Below, piece by piece: positions 57,896 through 64,000 of a DNA stretch of 64,000 nt; position 1 is the stretch's first letter, and each line of letters begins with the position of its first letter. The notes under the pieces are model-generated. The model made no database searches. It saw only the letters and a list, made by a program, of their open reading frames with translations, and was not told the origin of the DNA. Source of the stretch: an uncultured Candidatus Rokubacteria bacterium (lineage in GTDB: Bacteria; Methylomirabilota; Methylomirabilia; Rokubacteriales; CSP1-6); the NCBI GenBank assembly GCA_963771355.1, contig CAVYTA010000005.1:256001-320000 (forward strand). The letters are read 5' to 3'. The position numbers and the translations under genes are program-made.

Positions 57896-59253
57896 TGATT
57901 CGCGACTCCATCGGGCTCTCGCTCGAAGACGGCCGGCTCACCGTCGTCGCCGTCGGGGGCCACGATCGCTTGACGTACTTCGTGGTCGAGGGTGTCGAGG
58001 ACCCCGCCCGCGCGCTCGATGTCGAGCTCCGGGCCCGAAAGATCCGAGCCCGCCGCATTCACGTCGGTCTGGATCGGCGATCAGTGGTGGTGAAGGCGTT
58101 CGAGCTGCCCCGAGCGAGCAGCGGTGATCTCGGGCAGATGGTGGGATTCGAGCTGGAGCGGCATGTGCCCTTTCCGCCCGAGGAAGCGCGGTTCAGCTGG
58201 ATCGAGCTGCCGAGCGGCGCCGACGAGTCGCGCCGCCTGCTCGTGGTTGCGGGCGGGCGGCGGGCCGTGGAGCGGCCTCTGGGCCTCCTGGCCGGGGTCA
58301 AGCGCCGGCCCGCCGCCATCACGGTGGCCTGCCACGAGCTGCCGGCGCTCCTGCCCCGTGCGCTCCCGGCCCGGCGCGCGGTCTGGGCTCACCGGCACGG
58401 CACCCGTACCGACGTGCTCTTGCTCATCGGCCGCACCCTCCTCATGAGCCGCTCGGTCGCGATCACCGATCCCGCGGGGCTCGCGCAGGAGATCCAGCGG
58501 AGTCTGCCGCTGGTGGGCTGGAGCGACTGCGAGGCGGTGTGGATCTCGGGCGACGAGGCCCCCGGCTGGATCGCCGCTCCCGAGCTCGCGGCCGTTCTCG
58601 ACGCGCCGGTCTCCGCTCCGCCCTACTCCGCACGCGGCGGAGCCCTCGTCGCGTCCCTGCCGCCCGAGGCCGGCGGTGCGGCCCTGCTCGCGCTCGGACT
58701 GGCCCTCGGCTCCCGGCGGCCTGCGCTCGACTTGCTGCCGGCGGAGCTGCGGCCCTGGACGCTGTCGCGCGCCCAGCTCGTGACGGCCGGAATCGCTTCA
58801 GTCACGGCGCTGCTGGGCCTGGCGCTGGCCTTCGCCCACGTCCAGAGAACCGAGCGCTACCTCGGACGTCTGACCGAGGAGATCCGTCGCCTCGATCCCG
58901 AGGTCAGTGCCGTCGATGCGCAGGCGGCCGAGCGGATCCGGAGCCGGCGCGTCCTGGCCGGACTGGAGTCGGTACAGCGCACGAGCCTTCCGGCGCTGCC
59001 GCTCCTGCGGGAGCTCACGGAAGCGCTGCCGGACACTGCCTGGCTCCAGGTCTTGAACATGGACCGCGAAGGCGTCGAGCTCACCGGGCAAGCCGATGCT
59101 GCCAGCCAGCTCATCCCGCTGCTCGAAGCCTCACGCTGGCTCGAGCGCGTCGAGTTCACCTCACCGGTGACCAAGCTGCAGGGCAAGGAGCAGTTCCGCC
59201 TCCGGGCGGCTTGGGAAACCCCGCGGGCGTTGCCGCCCGCCCCGGTGCGCTAG
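57895..59253 (+). CDS. gspL: T2SS GspL-like protein (actin-like cytoplasmic domain + TM + PilN-like domain)
   Basis: ELERHVPF, single TM, LTEALPDTAWL, LTGQA, VEFTSP. Confidence 0.8.
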   Translation: MIRDSIGLSLEDGRLTVVAVGGHDRLTYFVVEGVEDPARALDVELRARKIRARRIHVGLDRRSVVVKAFELPRASSGDLGQMVGFELERHVPFPPEEARFSWIELPSGADESRRLLVVAGGRRAVERPLGLLAGVKRRPAAITVACHELPALLPRALPARRAVWAHRHGTRTDVLLLIGRTLLMSRSVAITDPAGLAQEIQRSLPLVGWSDCEAVWISGDEAPGWIAAPELAAVLDAPVSAPPYSARGGALVASLPPEAGGAALLALGLALGSRRPALDLLPAELRPWTLSRAQLVTAGIASVTALLGLALAFAHVQRTERYLGRLTEEIRRLDPEVSAVDAQAAERIRSRRVLAGLESVQRTSLPALPLLRELTEALPDTAWLQVLNMDREGVELTGQADAASQLIPLLEASRWLERVEFTSPVTKLQGKEQFRLRAAWETPRALPPAPVR

Positions 59254-59254
59254 C

Positions 59255-59854
59255 ATGACGACCCTCAGCCGCCGCGAACGCACGCTGATCGGGCTCGGCA
59301 TGGGCACGGTGCTGGTGATCGGCCTCTACCTCTTCGTGGTCGAGCCGCTGGTGGATCGGGTCCGAGAGGCGAAGGGCCGAACGGTGACGCGCGAGGCTGC
59401 CCTCGAGCGGCGGCGGCTCCTGATCGCCCAGGGCCCGCGCATCGCCGAGGAGCTCCAGAGCGTCACCAGGCGCCTCGAGTCCGAGTCCGCGCGGCTCCTG
59501 CGCGGTCCGACGGCGCCGCTGGCCGCCTCGGAGCTCCAGAAGCTGGTCAAGGACGTGGCCGCCAGCAGCAACATGGAGGTCCGGAGCGAGCGCGTGCTGC
59601 CGGCGACGGATCGCGAAGGGCTCCAGGAGGTCCCCATCGAGATCATCGTCGCCGGCAGTATCCGCGATACGATGACCGCGCTCTACCGGCTCGAGCATGC
59701 CGACCGCCTGTTGATGATCAAGGACCTCAAGTTCCGAACGGTGTCGGTTGGACAGCCGCGTGAGCTGATGACCACGCTCACCGTGGCCGGTTATGTCATG
59801 CCGGACGCGGGGTCGCGGCCCGAAGTCAAGCCCGCGGTCAGGAAGGACGGCTAG
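59255..59854 (+). CDS. gspM: T2SS GspM/PilO-like protein
   Basis: LSRRERTL followed by a TM helix and coiled coil. Confidence 0.8.
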   Translation: MTTLSRRERTLIGLGMGTVLVIGLYLFVVEPLVDRVREAKGRTVTREAALERRRLLIAQGPRIAEELQSVTRRLESESARLLRGPTAPLAASELQKLVKDVAASSNMEVRSERVLPATDREGLQEVPIEIIVAGSIRDTMTALYRLEHADRLLMIKDLKFRTVSVGQPRELMTTLTVAGYVMPDAGSRPEVKPAVRKDG

Positions 59855-59856
59855 AC

Positions 59857-60441
59857 GTGTCGAGACGGTTGTTCATCGTGAATGTACTCGTGGGCGCGCT
59901 CGGTTGCCTGTTCGCGGCCGGCCTGATCCGCGAGGTGAGCACCGGGCACCCGTTGCCGCCGGTTCCCGCTCCCCGCGCCAGCCAGACCGCCCCCGAGGCC
60001 GGGGGAGCCCCCACCAGCCAGCCGGAACCGATCGTCGCCTATCAAACTATCGCGACCAAGAACCTCTTCAACCCGGCGCGCTCCGAGGTGACCGTGGCGA
60101 GCGTCGCAGCGTCGGGCCCCAAGCCCGTTCTCCACGGCGTCATGCTCGACGGCGACAAGAGCCGCGCGTATCTGGAGGAGCCACCGGCCAAGCGGGTCTT
60201 CGGCTACGCGGTTGGCGACACCATCGCGGGGGGCCGGCTGGACTCGATTCGTTCCGACCGCGTGGTGATCGCGCGGCCCGAGGGTCCGGTGGAGGTGCTG
60301 CTGCACGACCCGTCGAAGCCCAAGCCGGTGGCGCCCGCGGCAGCCGGCCCAGCCACGCAGCGAGTACTGCCCGAGCCAGCGCGCTCGCCCGGCCCCGGCG
60401 CCGTGCAGTCCCAGCCGCCAAGACAGGCCCTGCCCCGATGA
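59857..60441 (+). CDS. GspC-like protein (TM + HR domain, no PDZ)
   Basis: KNLFNPAR, LHGVM...AYL, GDTIAGGRLDSIRSDRVVI. Confidence 0.7.
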   Translation: MSRRLFIVNVLVGALGCLFAAGLIREVSTGHPLPPVPAPRASQTAPEAGGAPTSQPEPIVAYQTIATKNLFNPARSEVTVASVAASGPKPVLHGVMLDGDKSRAYLEEPPAKRVFGYAVGDTIAGGRLDSIRSDRVVIARPEGPVEVLLHDPSKPKPVAPAAAGPATQRVLPEPARSPGPGAVQSQPPRQALPR

Positions 60442-63353
60442 GTCGCGCCCGATTCGCGCGGTGGCTGTTGGTGATATGGGCCTTGACCGGCTGTGCCTCG
60501 GCTGCCGCACCGCCCGGCGGCCAGACGGGCCCCACCGTCACGCCGGCTGACCCGCCCCGGCCCAGGGTGGAAGTGACCACAGAAGCTGAACCCGTGCCGA
60601 GCGCGCCGGCTGGGCCGGTGGGACCAGAACCGGTAGCGCCCGCCGGTCCCCTCTCGTCGCTCTCGGTAGGCCCGGCCCAGCCCGCGGAGCCATCCCCCGT
60701 GGCGCCGCCCGCGCTGACGGCGCCCGGGGCGCCTTCACCCAAGGTGGCCCAACCCCCGGTCCCTGCTCCTAAGGTTGCCGCCGGACAGAGCGCTGTGCAG
60801 CTCAAGCACGTACAGGTGGAACAGCAGGCCGACTCCGTCACCGTGAAGCTCTGGACCACGGGGATTCCGAGCTATTCGGCCTCGTTGATCGACGCCCCCA
60901 CTCGACTCGTGATCGACCTCACAGGCACCGCCTACGCCTGGGACAAGTCCCGCGTGAATCCGGACGTGGCCCCGATCCGGGAGATCCGGGGCAGCCAGTG
61001 GAAGGTGGGCACGGCCCGCATCGTCCTCGAGCTGACCCGCAAGGTCGGCTACCGCATCGAGCCGAGTGCCGAGGGTCTGTCGATCATCTTCGATTCCTCC
61101 GCTACCGCCGTCAGGGCGGATGCGCCCAAGCCAACCGCGAGCAAGCCGGCGCCGAAGGCCGTCGCCGTGGTGGCCAAGGCAGAGACCTCCCCGGCCGCCG
61201 AGACGCCCAAGACGGAAACCCCCACAGTCACGCCTGCCGGGCCCCCCTCGGCTGCGGCAGCCCCCGCCCGGCGGCAGATCGTGTTCAACTTCGACAACGC
61301 CGACGTCGAGCTGGTGATACAGGCGGCGGCCGAGATTGTGGGCTTCAACTACGTGCTGGCCCCTGGAGTTCGCGGGCGCACCGTGACCGTGAAGACCCTG
61401 GGCAAGATCTCGGCCGACGAGGTCTTCGGGGTCCTGCTCACTATCCTCGATGTCAACGGTCTGGCCGCCGTCCGGACGGGCAACCTGTACCGGATCATCC
61501 CGCGTGAAGGCGCGCCCCAGACATCGATCAAGACGGTCGTGGGTCGCGACGTGGATCCGGCGCAGCCGGCCGACGAAATCGTTACCCAGGTGGTGCCGCT
61601 GGGATTTCTCGGAGCCTCGGATGCGGTGACGCTGCTCCGCCCACTCGTGCCCCCGGGGGGCACCCTCGGCGCGCATCCAGAGAGCAACCTGCTGATCGTC
61701 ACGGACACGGTTGCGAACATCCGCCGACTCCTCGACATCGTGAGGTTGGTCGACGTGGAGGGTGCCCACAGCGAGCTGCGGATCATCCCGCTCATGCACG
61801 CGGACGCCCAGGAGCTGGCCCAGCTCCTCACGCAGGTCTTCGCCAGCGGTCGCCTGAGCACGGGACTCTCGGGTGTGGGGGCCGGCGTGCCCGCCCCGGC
61901 TCCGCCGCCGCCGCCCGCGCCCGGAGCGCCCGGAGCGCCGCCGGCGGCCCCGCGGCCGCCGCCTGCCGGCGCGGGAACTCCACTGGGGAGCGAGGCGCCC
62001 TTGATTCTGCCCGAACCCCGCTCCAACTCCCTCGTGGTCCATGCGCGGAGAAGGGACATCGAGACCATCCGCCGGCTGGTCGAGAAGCTCGACGTGGACA
62101 TCTACGGCGGCCGGCGCGTCTTCATCTACTTCGTCGAGAACACCAAGGCCAAGGACCTCGCCACGACCCTCGACGCCATCTACGGCTCCGATCGGGGCCC
62201 CTCCATCACCGGCGTCCAGCCGACATTGCGGTCGCCCAGCATCTCCAGCCCGTACGGCACGCCCACCACCACCGCTCCCGGCGCGCCGTTGGCTCCGTCC
62301 CTGTCACCCCTGTCGTCGCCCCTGTCGTCGTCCCTGTCGGCTCAGGGGCCGGGCGGGCGGCTGCCCATCGGCAGCTTCCCGGGTCTGGCCGGCGGCGAGG
62401 GCGGGCCTCCCGTGGCCGAGGTCCGGATCATCGCCGACGAGGTCACCAACTCGATCATCGTGCCCACCTACCCGCGGCTCTGGAGGGAGATCGAGGAGAC
62501 CATCAAGAAGCTCGACAAGATGCCGCGCCAGGTACTCATCGAGGTCCTCGCCGCCGAGGTCACGCTGAACGACGATATGAAGCTCGGCATGGAATGGGCG
62601 ATCCGCTCCGGCAGGTTCACCGCGATCTCCTCGCCGTCCGGCACGCTTCCCGGGCGGCCCGATCGCGCCCTCATCCCCCTCGGGGGTATCGTCCCCCATG
62701 GATTCAGCGCCTTCGCCTTCGCCGCCGACAAGTTCCTCGCCGCGCTCAACGCCCTCGCCAGCGAGAACAAGGTCAACGTGCTGTCCAACCCGTCCATCAT
62801 GACCGCGGAGAACAAGAAGGCCGTCATCAATGTCTCGACCTCGGTGCCCATCGTCACGTCTCAGCAGGTGCCGGTGGCCACCGGCGGGATCACCGGCAAT
62901 TCCATCACGCAGGCCGTGGAGTACAAGGACGCCGGCATCATCCTCAGCGTCACCCCGCGCATCGGGGAGCAGGGGACGGTGTCCCTCGACGTCAAGCAGG
63001 AGTTCAACCAGGTAGGCGAAAACGAGCCCCCGCCCATCAACTCGCCTCGCTTCACCAAGCGGGAGGTCGAGACCTCCGTCGTGCTGCTCAACAACCAAAC
63101 GCTCGTCCTGGGCGGACTCATCCAGAACCGGCGCTCGCGGGTCCACTCTGGCATTCCCTTGCTGAGCCGCATTCCGGTCCTGGGCTATCTCTTCGGCTCG
63201 GTCGAGCAGAGGCTCGAGCGGACGGAGCTGCTGATCCTGATCACCCCCCGCGCGGTGGGCACCGCGCTCGACGCCGCGCGCATCACCGACGAGATGCGGC
63301 GTATCACGCCCGAGATGGAGCAGTCCATCCGCCAGGCGCCGCGCCAGCCCTAG
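60438..63353 (+). CDS. gspD: T2SS secretin with lipoprotein signal, Pro-rich linker and AMIN domain
   Basis: LTG|C; PTRLVIDL...ARIVLEL (AMIN); FNFDNADV (N0); three KH-like N domains; QVLIEV, VLGGLI, GIPLLSRIPVLGYLFG, ELLILITP. Confidence 0.92.
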   Translation: MSRARFARWLLVIWALTGCASAAAPPGGQTGPTVTPADPPRPRVEVTTEAEPVPSAPAGPVGPEPVAPAGPLSSLSVGPAQPAEPSPVAPPALTAPGAPSPKVAQPPVPAPKVAAGQSAVQLKHVQVEQQADSVTVKLWTTGIPSYSASLIDAPTRLVIDLTGTAYAWDKSRVNPDVAPIREIRGSQWKVGTARIVLELTRKVGYRIEPSAEGLSIIFDSSATAVRADAPKPTASKPAPKAVAVVAKAETSPAAETPKTETPTVTPAGPPSAAAAPARRQIVFNFDNADVELVIQAAAEIVGFNYVLAPGVRGRTVTVKTLGKISADEVFGVLLTILDVNGLAAVRTGNLYRIIPREGAPQTSIKTVVGRDVDPAQPADEIVTQVVPLGFLGASDAVTLLRPLVPPGGTLGAHPESNLLIVTDTVANIRRLLDIVRLVDVEGAHSELRIIPLMHADAQELAQLLTQVFASGRLSTGLSGVGAGVPAPAPPPPPAPGAPGAPPAAPRPPPAGAGTPLGSEAPLILPEPRSNSLVVHARRRDIETIRRLVEKLDVDIYGGRRVFIYFVENTKAKDLATTLDAIYGSDRGPSITGVQPTLRSPSISSPYGTPTTTAPGAPLAPSLSPLSSPLSSSLSAQGPGGRLPIGSFPGLAGGEGGPPVAEVRIIADEVTNSIIVPTYPRLWREIEETIKKLDKMPRQVLIEVLAAEVTLNDDMKLGMEWAIRSGRFTAISSPSGTLPGRPDRALIPLGGIVPHGFSAFAFAADKFLAALNALASENKVNVLSNPSIMTAENKKAVINVSTSVPIVTSQQVPVATGGITGNSITQAVEYKDAGIILSVTPRIGEQGTVSLDVKQEFNQVGENEPPPINSPRFTKREVETSVVLLNNQTLVLGGLIQNRRSRVHSGIPLLSRIPVLGYLFGSVEQRLERTELLILITPRAVGTALDAARITDEMRRITPEMEQSIRQAPRQP

Positions 63354-63371
63354 CCGGCCGCGGACACGCTT

Positions 63372-63402
63372 CTGGGCGGGGACAATGAAGGTCCCCGCCC
63401 AG
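63372..63402. terminator. Probable bidirectional terminator hairpin between convergent genes
   Basis: CTGGGCGGGGAC-N7-GTCCCCGCCCAG, perfect 12-bp stem. Confidence 0.65.
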
Positions 63403-63417
63403 GTGCCTTCGCCGCCG

Positions 63418-64000
63418 TTACTTCCTGATCTCGAGAAGGATGTACATCACCGGCGACGTACCGTTGCCGAAGGGTGACACGCGAATCGTCAACGGCTTTC
63501 CCGCTCCCCACGTGGAGTTATTCGGGATGGCGAGGTTGTACATGTACTTGCTGTCGACCTCGCGCATTACTCCCGTCGTGTCGGCATTCGACACGGAAAG
63601 CGTGTCGATGTAGTTGCTCGCCGATTCGGTGCCCGCACTGCTGACAAAGTCACCGTTGAGCAACTGGATCGCCGGCGCCAAGCCGCTCCGGTGTCCGCCG
63701 CAGCCGAAGTTGATCTTGACCGGCACGACCCGGCCCTTCTGGACGAGGTTGGACGTCCCCTCTCTCAGCGGCTCGAGGAAGTTACCGTTCCAGACGGTCA
63801 CTGCAGTCGAGGGGAAGGATGTGGAGACCCCACCATCCTTGTCCTTCGCCAGTGCGGCGACGGTGTAGGAGCCGCACACCCCGTAAGACGTCGCGAAGGT
63901 GTTTGTGTGAGGTTCACCGAACGTCACGCCACCGTTCCACGACCACCGCAATCCCGCCGCCATGTCTGCGCTCGAGGGATCGGTCGCCGTCCCCGTGAAG
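63418..64000 (-). CDS. 3' end of a probable secreted or surface protein (PKD/Ig-like repeat + PxKF-like C-terminal domain), truncated by the window edge
   Basis: Frame open to the edge: FTGTATDPSSADMAAGLRWSW...AKDKDGG; FLEPL...NLVQKGRVVPVKINF. Confidence 0.65.
   Translation of the reverse strand, partial: FTGTATDPSSADMAAGLRWSWNGGVTFGEPHTNTFATSYGVCGSYTVAALAKDKDGGVSTSFPSTAVTVWNGNFLEPLREGTSNLVQKGRVVPVKINFGCGGHRSGLAPAIQLLNGDFVSSAGTESASNYIDTLSVSNADTTGVMREVDSKYMYNLAIPNNSTWGAGKPLTIRVSPFGNGTSPVMYILLEIRK

Overview
Very GC-rich bacterial chromosomal segment. Gene style (multi-GAF kinase, family-5 ABC systems, LLM oxidoreductases, cyclase-STAND protein) suggests a soil bacterium such as Ca. Rokubacteria; this is inference only. 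There are about 53 tightly packed CDSs. I could support no rRNA, tRNA, CRISPR array or mobile element. Main blocks: ltaE, a VKOR-thioredoxin fusion, phoD and a type IV pilin with a sigma54-type promoter (0-4.7 kb); a catabolic operon of LLM, cupin, VOC, acyl-CoA ligase, peptide-type ABC and TauD genes (7.3-16.4 kb); a ~2,630-aa hybrid kinase with 10 GAF domains, coupled to a REC-nucleotidyl cyclase and an FAD oxidase (16.4-26.5 kb); a lone molybdo-hydroxylase large subunit, MFS and catabolic genes; trpS; gnd; a second ABC system divergent from a PTER-like hydrolase; a cyclase-STAND-TPR protein; a serine hydrolase; an NYN protein; and an 11-gene type II secretion operon whose secretin has a lipobox and an AMIN domain (52-63.4 kb). 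The best hidden feature is an unannotated 18-aa Trp-Trp leader peptide with a six-segment alternative-hairpin attenuator directly upstream of trpS (36620-36770). Many genes also appear leaderless, with a -10 hexamer 6-8 nt before the start codon. Six genes are split by single-base (+1) frameshifts, most likely long-read consensus errors.
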